64,000 nucleotides of DNA from Mobula hypostoma (lineage: Eukaryota). Both the position numbers and the translations under genes were made by a program. Shown here piece after piece: positions 48,700 to 61,294 of this stretch; position 1 is the stretch's first letter, and every line of letters starts with the position of its first letter. The DNA is taken from positions 2,296,001 to 2,360,000 of the forward strand of contig NC_086101.1 of the NCBI RefSeq assembly GCF_963921235.1, read 5' to 3'. The notes below the pieces were generated by a model. That model did no database searches and was not told the origin of the DNA. It saw nothing but the letters and a program-made list of their open reading frames with translations.

Positions 48700-49895
48700 T
48701 CATCACAACACTGAATCTGTGGAATTTTTTGCCACAGAGACAGTTCAGTGTTGAGGTGAGTACTGACGGCCACAGGCCACGGAGACAGTTCAGTCAGTCA
48801 GTCTTCCTCATTGGGTGCATGGGGAAAATGGATTATTCCACAAACAGCTGACCATAACTACTCCACCCAAATCGAATAAGACAACACCCCTCAAGTTGGG
48901 CTGTTGGAATGTCCGCACAGTGATGACTGGACTTGACCAAAACCTCAAGGATATCGAAGATGCACAAAAAACAGCGGTCATTAACAACGAGCTACTAAGA
49001 CTCAAGGTAGATATAGCTGCCCTACAAGAAACATGTTTGACGGATTCAGGTACACTGAAGGAAAGGGACTACACATTTTTCTGGCAGGAAAAGAACCAAG
49101 ACGAGCCCCGCGAGCATGGAGTGGGTAATGGAGGAGCCACCAGAAATGGATCAGAACGACTTATCACTCTCCGCCTACACACCAGTCATGGCCCAGTAAC
49201 TCTCGTCAGTGTGTATGCCCCTACCTTGAACTCCACCTCTGAGGCAAAAGACATGTTCTACGACAAATTAGAAGCTGTTGTCAGGAATATTCCCAGTGAT
49301 GAGCACTTCGTCCTCCTTGGTGACTTCAACGCCAGAGTGGGAGCCGATAATGATTCCTGGCCGTCTTGTCTTGGCCACTTTGGAATTGGCAAGATAAATG
49401 ACAATGGACAACGTCTCCTGGAGTTCTGCTACTATCATGTAACTGTGTAACAAACCCCTACTTTCAGACAAAGTTGCAGTACGAGGTCTCATGGGGACAT
49501 CCACGGTCTGAACACTGGCACCAACTAGACATGATCATCACCAGGCGCTCTTCCATCAACTCTGTACTGATCACCCGCTCGTACCACAGTGTAGACTGCG
49601 ATATGGATCATGCTTTAGTATGCTGCAAGATCAAACTACTTCCGAAGAAAATCCACCACTCCAAACAAACTGGAAAACCTCGCATCAACAAAACAGAGAT
49701 GAAACAGTCAGAAAAGGCTGACCAGTTTGCCAAGTCAGTACAGGGTGCTATGACTACCTCCTCACAAGGAGATACTGCAACAGAACAATGGTCATACCTT
49801 TGCAACCCCATCCACGAATCAGCACTCTCTATCTTTGGAAGAAAGACCACAAAGAGCAGTGACTGGTTTGAGGCGAAGTCCAACATCATGACTCC
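48700..49895 (+). mobile_element. RTE-clade LINE 5' part (APE endonuclease)
   Basis: LGCWNVRT, IAALQET, SVYAPT, LLGDFNARVG, NGQRLLEFC, HPRSEHWHQLD, DCDMDHAL. Confidence 0.92.
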
Positions 49896-49899
49896 TGGA

Positions 49900-50560
49900 A
49901 CTCATTTGGAGTTGTGATAAGTCTCTTAGTGGCCTCCCTCACTGGTCCCCTTCTTGCACGGTCGCTCAGTTTTTGAGGATGGCCTGCTCTAGTCAGATTT
50001 ACAGTTGTGCAATATTCTTCCCATTTCTTGATGAGTGACTTAACTGCGCTCCAAGGGATACGCAGTGACTTGGGAATGTTCTTGTATCCATCTCCTGGCT
50101 TGTGTTTTCAATAACCTTTTCGTGCAGTTGCTTAGAGTGTTATTTTGTCTTCATGGTGTAGTTTTTGCCAGGATACTGACTCTCCAGCAGATGGACCTTC
50201 CAGATACAAGTGTATTTTTACTACAATCAGTTGAAACACCTTAACTGCACACAGGTCTCTAAAAACAAATCAGCATTTAAATAATTATATGACTTCTAAA
50301 ACCAATTGGCTGTGCCAGTGATGATATGGTGTGCCATCTTAAAGGGGTGGGGGTAAATACTTACGCAATCAATTGTCTTTTATATTTGTAATTAATTTAG
50401 ATCATTTTGTAAAGATCTGTTTTCACTTTGACAAGGAAGAGTATTTTTTTGTTGATCAGTGTCAAAAAAAACCAAATTAAATCCACTGTGATTCAATGTT
50501 GTAAAACAATAAGACATAAAAACTTCCCAGGGGAGGAGTGAATACTTTTTATAGACATTG
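49900..50560 (-). mobile_element. Tc1 left-end fragment, same family as 21994-24093
   Basis: TGAATACTTTTTATAGACATTG|TA terminus; reverse strand carries the start of the MKTK...SKQL transposase. Confidence 0.88.
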
Positions 50561-50562
50561 TA

Positions 50563-51760
50563 GAACTGTTTGTGCACCATGCCTTGATCAAAACAACTCT
50601 CAAGGGACCTTGGAAGAATCGTAGAGATGCATGAAGCTGGAAAAGGTTACCAAAGCGTTTCTAAAGACCTGATCTAAAGTGTTCACCAGTTCACAATAAG
50701 AGAAATTGTCTCCAAATGAAAGAAACTCAGTACTATTACTACTTTCCCTAGGAGTGGGCGCCCTGCAAAGATCAGACCAACAGCAGAACATGCAAAGTTG
50801 AAGGAGATGAAAAGAACCCAAGGGTTACAGCAAAAGACCTGAAGAAATCTCCAGCACTTGCTAAGATCTTTGTTCATGTGTCTACTATGAGTAAAACACT
50901 GAACAAGAATGGTGTTCATAGAAGGACACACAGAGGAAACACTGCTACATGTCTCAGACTTGCAAAAGATCACCTGGATGTTCCACAATGCTTCTGAGAC
51001 AATGTTTAGTGGGCAGATGTGACAGAAGTTGAACTTCTTGGCAGAAATGTTTGGAGGAAAAAGTGTCAGGCACACCAACACCAAAACCTCATCTTAACAG
51101 TGTGGGAAGGTTGGTAGAAGGAGTATCATGGACTGGGGCTGGTTTTTTGCCTCAGGATCCAGACAGCTTACAATTGTTGAGGGAACAATGACTTCGAAAT
51201 TGTATCAAGACATTTTACAGGAGAATGTCAGGGTGGCTGTCCATCATCTGAAGCTTAATAGAAGATAGATTATGCAACCAGACAATGATCCAAAAGACAA
51301 GAGCAACTCAACAACGGAATGGTTTAAAAAGAAGATTTTGTGATTTGGAATGGCTGAATCAAAGTCCCGATCTTAATCCTATAGGAATGTGGAAGGACCT
51401 GAAGCTAGTAGTTCATGTAAGGCAGCCCACCCACATTCCAGAGAGGAAACAGTTTTGTAAGGAGGAATGGACTACAATTCCTCCAAGCCAGTGATCAACA
51501 GTTACCGGAAACGTTCAGCTGAAGTTATTGCTGTACAACGGGGTCACACCAGTTACTGAAAGCAACTTTTTCCAACAAACACATGTGATATTGGATCATT
51601 TTTCTCAGTAAATAAATGGACAAGTATAATGTTTTTGTGTTATTTGTTTAATAGGGTTCTTTCTTTTAATCTAGTTTTAGGACGCATGAAGATTTGATCA
51701 CATTTTAGGTCACATTTACGCAGAAAGAGAGAAAATTCAAAAATTTAACAAACTTTCTGG
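50563..51760 (+). mobile_element. Degenerate Tc1 transposon (different family)
   Basis: HEAGKGY, SGRPAKI, DNDPK, QSPDLNPI and FCKEEW motifs with many stops. Confidence 0.85.
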
Positions 51761-52559
51761 CGTGTGTGTGTGTATATATATATATACACACACATATATA
51801 CATACATACACACTATGTACTGCTGCTACAAAACAACAAATTTCACAACGTAAGCCAGTGAGACTAAACCCGGTTCTGATCTCACTTCTGGGACTTGCTC
51901 TACTCTGCCCTTCCACAAGACAACCCCTACACTCCCGTTCTCCAACCCCTCCAAAGACCAACTGCAGGTCACACACACACCTCATTCCTTCTCTCCCCTC
52001 ACCGTTAGCACACCCCTCCCAGGATCACCCTCCCTCCTCAGCTCCATCTGGAATCTCCCCTGCATGGGATCGCCTTAAACCAGACACATCCTCCCCCCCA
52101 GGACCACAAATTCCTACACAGATTGCCCAACCACCCCCCCCCCACCACTCCAAGTCCAGGACATCCCCTCTGGCATCACCTCAACCCAGATATCTTCCAT
52201 CCTCGGGTCTATCCCACCCAGAAATACCCTGCCTCCTTGGGACCCCATGCCCACCTCCACCACGCCAATCACCCATCCAGGATTACCTGAACCCAGACAA
52301 CCCATTATCCACTGACACTCTCCCCACCTGATAGCCCCCACCCCTGTACAGACCTTAAACCCAACATCCCCATGTCTTCATCAACCCAATCTGAGATGTC
52401 CTTCACCTCTCTCGGCTCCACTCCCCAGGAACCACCCCCTCAGAGACTCACCCTTGGACCTCTCCCCTACCGAGTATTGATCCCCCCAGATCGAAACTCC
52501 GGAAATAACCCCCCTTTCCCCAGAACAGACCTCCTTACTTTTCCTCAGGTTCAAACCAC

Positions 52560-53525
52560 TCCCCAGGATCTCTCCACTCTCTCCCCGCTCCTTCCTGGGA
52601 CCTGCCCCCTCTCCCCCCCACTTCCTTCCCGGGTTCCACCCACTCTCTCCCCCCTCCTTCCTGGGATCTGCCCCCTCCATCCCTCCCTCTCCCCCCCTTC
52701 CCAGGATCTGCCCCCTCTCCCCCCCTCCTTCCTGGGATCTGCCCCCTCCATCCCTCCCTCCCCGGGATCTGCTCCCTCTCCCCCTCTTCCCAGGATCTGC
52801 CCCCTCTCCCCCCTCCTTCCCGGGATCTTCCCCCTCTCCCCCCCCTTCCTGGGATCTGCCCCCTCTCCCTCCTCCTTCCCGGGATCTGCCCCCTCTTTCC
52901 CTCCTCCTTCCCGGGATCTGCCCCCTCTCTCCCCCCTCCTTCCCGGGATCTGCCCCCTCTCCCCCCAACCTCCTTCCCGGAATCTGCCCCCTCTCCCCCC
53001 TACCTCCTTCCCAGGATCTGCCCCCTCTCCCCCACACCTCCTTCCCGGGATCTGCCCCCTCTCCCCCTCTCCTTCCTGGGATCCGCCCACTCTCTCTCCC
53101 CTCCTTCCTGGGATCTGCCCCCTCCATCCCTCCCTCTCCCCCCCCGTCCCAGGATCTGCCCCCTCTCCCCCCCTCCTTCCTGGGATCCGCCCACTCTCCA
53201 CCACCCTTCCTGGGACCTGCCCTCTCCCCCCCCACTTCCTTCCCGGGTTCCACCCACTCTCTCCCCCCTCCTTCCCGGGGTCTGCCCCCTCTCCCCCCTC
53301 CTTCCCGGTATCTGCCCCCTCTCCCCCCTCCTTCCTGGGATCTGCCCCCTCCATCCCTCCCTCCCCGGGATCTGCCCCCTCTCCCCCTCTTCCCAGGATC
53401 TGCCCCCTCTCCCCCCTCCTTCCCGGGATCTGCCCCCTCTCCCCCCTCCTTCCTGGGATCTGCCCCCTCCATCCCTCCCTCCCCGGGATCCGCCCCCTAC
53501 CTTCCTCCCCTCCCATGCTCCAGTC
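52560..53525. repeat. ~29-bp C-rich minisatellite (GGGATCTGCCCCCTCTCCCCCCTCCTTCC) at the start of RNF5 intron 1
   Basis: Directly visible. Confidence 0.95.
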
Positions 53526-53594
53526 CGGGGATCCGCTCCCTCCCCCGGACCGACCTCCTCCCAGCCCCGTACCCCTCCCTCCCGGCCCGCTCAC

Positions 53595-53755
53595 CAGAAG
53601 AGGTGTCCGCACATACTGATGACCGCATCCCTGGCCGTGTCCAGGCATATGTTGCATTCGAAGCTGGCCCTGTCGCCCGGGGGCGACCCTGGGGCCTGGG
53701 ACCGGGCCTCGGGCTCGCCAGGACGCTTCTCCCTGTCATCGGCAGCTGCCGCCAT
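53595..53755 (-). CDS. RNF5: RNF5 coding exon 1, 161 nt (absent from the ORF track)
   Basis: gtcATGG Kozak; [53 protein letters not shown](C); donor TG|gtgagc; six exons sum to 588 nt = 195 aa + stop. Confidence 0.96.
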
Positions 53756-54360
53756 GACTGAACAATACGGAGCGACCCGCCCTCGGCCGAGAGGGAAAAC
53801 ACAACGCCTTGACGTCCGATTGGTCTGTCATTACGTCAATCAATATGTTTTCTCCCGGCAGTGACCGGCGATAGGCTGGTTGCGCTGACTATCTCAAGCC
53901 GCTGCCGGTTTCTGATCTATTGATTGGCCAGTATATCTATCAATAACTGAAAACAGACCCGCCCTTTTCGGCGTTGGGGGGAGGGTCATCGACCTGTTGA
54001 TCCTTCACCTTATGACCCGACCCGCTGGTACGTGTGGTCCAGGATTTTATTTCCAATTCAGATGCTTTGCTTTTCAATGTCATGACCGCTGTTGGCAGTT
54101 TTGAAGTGACTGATTATTCATCCTGGGTGGCTGCAAACCAATCCGTTGTTTAACCGGACTGTCAATCAGTTGAATGGCGTCGATCGCTATTGGTGAGGTA
54201 ACTCAGTCGTAAGGCGGGTCCTATAGTCTATTGGCCATTGAGTGTGTCACTCACGCTCTCGGTGCTGATTTGCTGGAAACTGATTTGCTCGCCTTGCCAT
54301 TAATCAGCAGTGACAGATTAATGGGCGGGTTAACATCCTGCGTCCCGTCATTCAGCCCGT
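53756..54360 (-). promoter_or_regulatory. RNF5 CpG-island promoter
   Basis: CpG-rich; several CCAAT/ATTGG boxes, CRE-like TGACGTC and TTACGTCA, GC boxes, PBX/PKNOX decamer CTGTCAATCA 54159-54168. Confidence 0.75.
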
Positions 54361-54809
54361 CATATTTATGACTATCCCCTTCTCAGTACCCCCAGCGCAT
54401 CTACAGCATTCTTTTCCAGCTCTACAGACCCCCCCACCCCCGTCACTTTCTCCATGCCCTCTGTCTGGCAGTTTTTCGCGCAAATATTTTCATTTGCACT
54501 TGAAAAAAAATCACTTTATGTTTAATTTATATTCAGTGTGTTCTTTGAACCTACGTGTCTGTGATTTAGCGCCATGCAAGATTTCCATTGCAACCGCACC
54601 CGCACGGACTCTGTATACACCTCAGTAAAGCAGCCAGTGGAATCAAAGATCTCCCTCCCATCAGGCAAAGGTACACGAACCGAAAAGAGCATACCGCCCG
54701 ACTCAGGTAAGGCTTCTACCGCGCTGTTATCAGAACCCCAGTCAGAGAATGGTAGACCCTTGACTGCATCGTGGCCCCGCACCTGACTGGCTGCCAGCAC
54801 TGTACTATC

Positions 54810-55650
54810 TCTCTAATACAGCGCAGGAACAGGTCCTTCTGCCCACAACCTTGTGCCAAACCAAATAAATTAGCAATCAAATAGCTAATCTTTTCTGCCT
54901 GCACAAGCTCCATTTCCCACACATTCATGTGCCTATCTAAACAACTCTGAAAAGTCGCTAACATTTCTGTCTTTACCACCACCCCAGGCAGCATCCAGGC
55001 ACCCACCAGTTTATTTTAAAAAAACTTTGAAATTACCGCGCTGTTATCGGAACCCCAGTCAGAGAATGGTAGACCCTTAACTTTGAAATTACCCCCTCTG
55101 ACCTTCATTGCATGACCTCTGGTATTAGACATTTCCATAAGACCATAAGACAAAGGAGCAGAAGTCGACCATTCGGCCCATCGAGTCTGCTCCGCCATTT
55201 TATCATAAGCTGATCCATTCTCCCATTTAGTCCCACTCCCCTGCCTTCTCACCATAACCTTTGATGCCCTGGCTACTCAGATACCTATCAATCTCTGCCT
55301 TAAATACACTCAATGACTTGGACTCCACTGCCGCCCGTGGCAACAAATTCCATAGATTCACCACCCTCTGACTAAAAAAATTTCTTCGCATTTCTGTTCT
55401 GAATGGGCGCCCCTCAATCCTTAAGTCACTCCCTCTCGTACTAGACTCCCCCATCATGGGAAACAACTTTGCCACATCCACTCTGTCCATGCCTTTCAAC
55501 ATTCGAAATGTTTCTATGCGGTCCCCCCTCATTCTTCTAAACTCCAAGGAAGACAGTCCAAGAGTGGACAAATGTTCCTCATATGTTAACCCTCTCATTC
55601 CCGGAATCATTCTAGTGAATCTTCTCTGTACCCTCTCCAACGTCAGCACA
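54810..55650 (-). mobile_element. CR1 3' fragments (two nested)
   Basis: [13 protein letters not shown]...FFSQRVVNLWN peptide; tail CCATAAGACCATAAGA on + at ~55135. Confidence 0.85.
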
Positions 55651-55861
55651 TCAAATCACATTTCAACCCCTGGAAAACGATACTGTCTGCCTCTCATAAT
55701 CTTATAACCTTATATCTGATATCTTCTCGGTAGCTCATTACGTGTGAGAATAATAAGCCAATTGATAATCCTCACTGCGGTGTATAAGGTTTTATTGAAA
55801 ATTGACAATCTACACTGGGATATATAAGGTGTTATTGACAATTGACAATCTACATAGGGAG

Positions 55862-56750
55862 AAACATAGAAACACAGAAAACCTACAGCACAATACAGGC
55901 CCTTTGGCCCACAAAGTTGTGCCGAACATGTCCCTACCTTAGAAATTACTAGGCTTCCCCATAGCCCTCTATTTTTCTAAGCTCCATGTACCCATCCAGG
56001 AGTCTCTTAAAAGACCCTATTGTATCTACCTCCACTACCGTTGCTGGCAGCCCATTCCACGCATTCACCAATCTCTGAGTAAGAAACTTACCGCCGACAT
56101 CTCCTCTGTACCTACTCCCCAGCACCTTAAACCTGTATCCTCTTGTGGCAACCATTCCAGCCCTGAGAAAAAGCCTCTGATTATCCACATGATCAATGCC
56201 TCTCATTATCTTGTATACCTCTATCAGGTCACCTCTCATCCTCCATCGCTCCAAGGAGAAAAGAACGAGTTCACTCAACCTGTTCTCATAAGGTATGCTC
56301 CCCAATCCAGGCAACATCCTTTTTTATATCTCCTCTGCACCCTTTCTATTGTTTCCACATGATGCGACCAGAACTGAGCCCAGTACTCCAAGTGAGGTCT
56401 GACCAGGGTCCTATATAGCTGCAACATTACCTCTCGGCTCCTAAATTCAATTCCACGATTGATGAAGGCCAATGCATCGTATGCCTTCTTAATCGCAGAG
56501 TCAACCTGCGTAGCAGCTTTGAGTGTCCTATGGACTCGGACCCCAAGATCCCTCTGATCCTCTACACTGCCAAGAGTCTTGCCATTAATACTATATTCTG
56601 CCATCATATTTGACCTACCAAAATGAACCACCTCACACTTATCTGGGTTGAACTCCATCTGCCACTTCTCAGCCCAGTTTTGCATCCTATCGATGTCCCA
56701 CTGTAACTTCTGACAGCCCCCCACACTATCCACAACACCTCCAACCTTTG
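55862..56750 (-). mobile_element. 5'-truncated CR1
   Basis: [14 protein letters not shown]...RPHLEY peptide; ATAGAAAC tail. Confidence 0.92.
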
Positions 56751-56909
56751 TTATTGACAACTGACGGTCTACACTGCGATATATTACCCCTCAACAATCA
56801 GCCTCTTCACTCTACTTGCCCCATCATTCAAATGTTCCTACAAGGAACAAACTCACTTCGAGGCCTCTTCATCTCATGTTTTCAATATTATTTATTATTA
56901 TTATTTCTT

Positions 56910-58050
56910 TAAACATAGAAACATAGAAAACCTACAGCACAATACAGGCCCTTCGGCCCAGAAAGTTGTGCTGAACATGTCCCTACCTTAGAAATTACTA
57001 GGCTTACCCATAGCCCTCTATTTTTCTAAGCCTGACCCGGTTCATCACCTAGTACCAGATCTGGTATGGCATTCCCCCTGGTCGGCCTGTCCACATACTG
57101 TGACAGGAATCCATCCTGGACACACTTAACAAACTCTGCCCCGTCTAAACCATTGGAACTAATCAGGTGCCAATCAATATTAGGAAAGTTAAAGTCACCC
57201 ATGATAACAACCCTGTTATTTTTGCACCTTTCCAAAATCTGCCTCCCAATCTGCTCCTCTGTATCTCTGCTGCTACCAGGGGGCCTATAGAATACCCTCA
57301 GTAGAGTAACTGCTCCCTTCCTGTTCCTGACTTCCACCCATATTGACTCAAAAGAGGATCCTGCTACATTACCCATCCTTTCTGTAGCTGTAATAGTATC
57401 CCTGACCAGTAATGCCATCCCCTCTTCCCTTTTTCCACCCTCTGTATCCCTTTTAAAGCACTGAAATCCAGGAATATTGAGAATCCATTCCTGCCCTGGT
57501 GCCAGCCAAGTCTCTGTAATGGCCACTACATCATAATTCCATGTATGTATCCAAGCTCTCAGTTCATCACCTTTGTTCCTGATGCTTCTTGCATTGAGGT
57601 ACACACATTTCAGCCCTTCTACCTTACTGTCTTTACACCGTTTATTCTGCTTCTCTTTCCTCAAAGCCTCTCTGTATGTTAGATCTGGCTTTACTCCATG
57701 CAGTTCTTTCACTGCTCTATCGCTCTGGGTCCCATCCCCCTCGCAAATTAGTTTAAACCCTCCCGAACCATGCTAGCAAACCTACCTGCAAGGATATTGC
57801 TCCCCCTCGAGTTCAGGTGCAACCCATCCAATCTACAGGTCCCACCTTCCCCAGAGGAGATCCCACTGATTCAAAAATCTAAAACCCTGCTCCCTGCACC
57901 AACTCCTCAGCCACCTGGTCAGAGACATCCCGGAACCTGGCACCCGGGAGGCAACAAACCATGCAGGTGTCCTTCTCACCTCCACAAAATCTCCTGTCTG
58001 CTCCCCTGACTATAGAGTCTCCAATGACAACAGCTCTCCTCTTCTTCTTC
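56910..58050 (-). mobile_element. CR1 with ORF1/APE region fused directly to the 3' tail
   Basis: AVVIGDSIVRG, YLNARSIRNK, AITETWL, MGDFNFPNIDW, then the 3' tail at 57028-56910. Confidence 0.85.
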
Positions 58051-58054
58051 AAGC

Positions 58055-61000
58055 AAGGAGTACTGCACACAGTACTCCAGATGCAGCCTCACCAGTACCC
58101 TGTATAGTTGCGACATAACCTCCCTGCTCTGAAATTCAGTCCCTCTAGCAATGAAAAACAACATTCCATTTGCCTTCTTAACAGCCTGCTGCACCTGCAA
58201 ACCAACCTTTTGTGATTCATGCATCAGCACTCCCAAGTCCCTCTGCACAGCAGCATCCTGCAATTTTTTGCCATTTAAATAATAATCTGAACTTCTATTT
58301 TCCCTTCCGCACATTTACCAACATTGTACTCCATCTGCCAGACCCTTGTTCACTTACTTAACTGTATCCTCTGCACAGTTTGCTTTTCCACTCAATTTAG
58401 TGTCATCAGCAAACTCAGATACAGTACACTCGGTCCCCTCTTCCAGATCGTTAATGTATATCATGAACAGTTGCAGGCCCAGCACCGACCCCTGTAGCAC
58501 ATCGCTCACCACTGATTGCCAACCAGAGTAACAACCACGTATCCCAACTCTCTGCTTTCTATTAGTTAACCAATCCTCTATCCATGCTAATATATCAGCC
58601 CGAACTCTATGCATCCTTATCTTATGGATAAGTCTTTTATGTGGCACCTTATCGAACGCCTTCTGGAAATCCAAGTAAATAACGTCCATCTGTTCCTCTC
58701 TATCCATTGCGCTCGTTATATCTTCAAAGAACTCCAGAAAGTTGGTTAAGCAGGACCTGCCTTTGCTGAATCCATGCTGCATCTGCCCGATGGATCCATT
58801 TCTTTCCAGATGCCTGACTAATTCTTCTTTAACGATGACTTCAAGCATTTTCCCAACTACAGACATTAAACTAACTGGCCTACATCCTTTTATGAACAGT
58901 GGTGTGACATTTGTCTTCTTCCAATCTGCCGGGACCTGCCCAGAGTCCAGAGGATTTTGGTAAATTATCACCAAAGCCTCAACTCTAACCTGTCATTTCT
59001 TTCAGAACCCTGGGATGCGTTCCATCAGGACAACGGGACTTCTCTATCTTCAGGCCCACAAGTTTGCTCAGCTCTACCTCTTTAGTGACAGCTATTGTAT
59101 CGAGATCCTCATCGCATCCATATTATCTCCCTTCGGCATGTAGACATGCCCTCCACTGTGAAAGCTGACACAAAATAGTCATTCAAAGCCTCGGCTATTT
59201 CCTCATTACCCAATATCAACTCCCCCTTCTCGTCCTCCAAGGGACCTACATTCACTTTAGTCACCCTTTTCTGCTTTATATAATTATACAAACTTTTACC
59301 ATCCATTTTCATATTTTGTGCTAGTTTATTTTCAGAGTTACAAAATACACGTGGACTAAGATGTTAACTGTCCTGTGCTATCACCAGTGGGATCATCAGT
59401 TGATCTGCCACCTGCCTTCAGGAGTTTCGGCCCGCTTATGATCAAGACTCCCTCGAGGTGGTGGGCCAGTGGGAGTCTTGATCATAATCTATCTTCCCTT
59501 TCTTTATTGCTCACTTTGTGGTTCTTTGTTGCTTTTTAAAGTTTTCCCCAATCTTCCAGTTTCCCAGTACTCTTGGTGACTTTGTACGCACGAGCTTTTA
59601 GTTTGATGCCTTCTTTTATTTCCTTAGTTATTGATGACTCTCCCCACCCTTACTGTCCTTGCCTTTAATTGGAATATACTTTTTTTGAGCACTGTGAAAA
59701 ATCTCTTTGAAAGTCTTCCACTGTTCCTCAACCGTCCCATCATATAGCCTGTGTTCCAGTCTACGCTATCCAACTCCTCCCTCATCCCTTTGTAGTCTCC
59801 CTTGTTTAGGCATAATACACTGGTTTTAGCTCAAACTATTGCACCCTCTATTTGTATGAGAAACTCAATCATACCATGATCACTCTTTCCAAGAGGATCC
59901 CTAACTACAAGATTACTAATTTTACCTGTCTCATTGCAGACGACCAGGTCTAAGACAACGCGTTCCCTTGTAGGAGTAACATGCAGTTCAAGAACGTTAT
60001 CGCGTATTCACTCTATGAAGTCCTCAAGACTGACTCGACCAACTTGATTCACCCAGTCTATGTGCAAGTTGAATTTCCCATGATAACTGCTGTTCCATTC
60101 TTACATGCTTCGTCTTTATTGCCTGTGCCACTGTAATATAGAAACATAGAAACATAGAAAATAGGTGCAGGAGTAGGCCATTCGGCCCTTCGAGCCTGCA
60201 CCGCCATTTATTATGATCATGGCTGATCATCCAACTCAGAACCCTGCACCAGCCTTCCCTCCATACCCCCTGATCCCCGTAGCCACAAGGGCCATATCTA
60301 ACTCCCTCTTAAATATAGCCAATGAACTGGCCTCAACTGTTTCCTGTGGCAGAGAATTCCACAGATTCACCACTCTCTGTGTGAAGAAGTTTTTCCTAAT
60401 CTCGGTCCTAAAGGGCTTCCCCTTTATCCTCAAACTGTGACCCCTCGTTCTGGATCCCCCCAACATCGGGAACAATCTTCCTGCATCTAGCCTGTCCAAT
60501 CCCTTTAGGATTTTATACGTTTCAATAAGATCCCCCCTCAATCTTCTAAATTCCAACGAGTATAAGCCTAGTTCATCCAGTCTTTCTTCATATGAAAGTC
60601 CTGCCATCCCAGGAATCAATCTGGTGAACCTTCTTTGTACTCCCTCTATGGCAAGGATGTCTTTCCTCAGATTAGGGGACCAAAACTGCACACAATACTC
60701 CAGGTGTGGTCTCACCAATAATGTTATTATTTGATGGCCGATAGAGAACTCCCACCAGTGATTTTTTCCCTTTACTATTCCTAATCCCTACCCAGATGGA
60801 TTCAACTCGTCTCTCACAAACACCCTGATCTCATCTTAATTAAGAGTGCTACCCCACCTCCCTTATCTTCCTGCCTATCCTTCCGTATCACCTGATATCC
60901 TTGGATCTTTAATTCCCAAACCTCTCCAACCTGCAACTATGTCTCTGTAATGCCCACTAAATCATACCCCTTTATACTGATCTGTGCCTCAATTTCACTG

Positions 61001-61290
61001 ACCTTGTTACGAATACTACGGGCATTCAGATAACGTGTCCTTACACTCATTCTGCCTTTAAAACCTGTAATCTTTTCTCTTTTGCACCTGACTTTTCTGC
61101 ACGCCACTCTTACTTTTCGCTTCTTCATCATTTGCTTTTCCTCGGTCTTTATCCACGCCTTTCTCTTTTACTTTATCCATACTCCTCCAATCTGTTGAGC
61201 CTAGACCCCGACTATTTAGCTTAGAGCCCTATCCACAGCCCTAGTTATGCGAATTGCTAGGATCCGGGTCCCAACACAGTCCAGGTGAAG
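58055..61290 (-). mobile_element. Degenerate CR1 ORF2 with nested insertions
   Basis: YLNARSIRNK ~61030; [25 protein letters not shown] 58354-58974. Confidence 0.88.
60138..60718 (-). mobile_element. Young 5'-truncated CR1
   Basis: Uninterrupted 160-aa ORF2 C-terminus; (ATAGAAAC)n tail. Confidence 0.92.
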
Positions 61291-61294
61291 CATG

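Noticed and set aside
26707..53755. Calling the gene RNF185
   Set aside because: Short N-terminus, RQECPVCK and C-terminal WDSLFLF..FFFFWLLS fit recalled RNF5 better than RNF185
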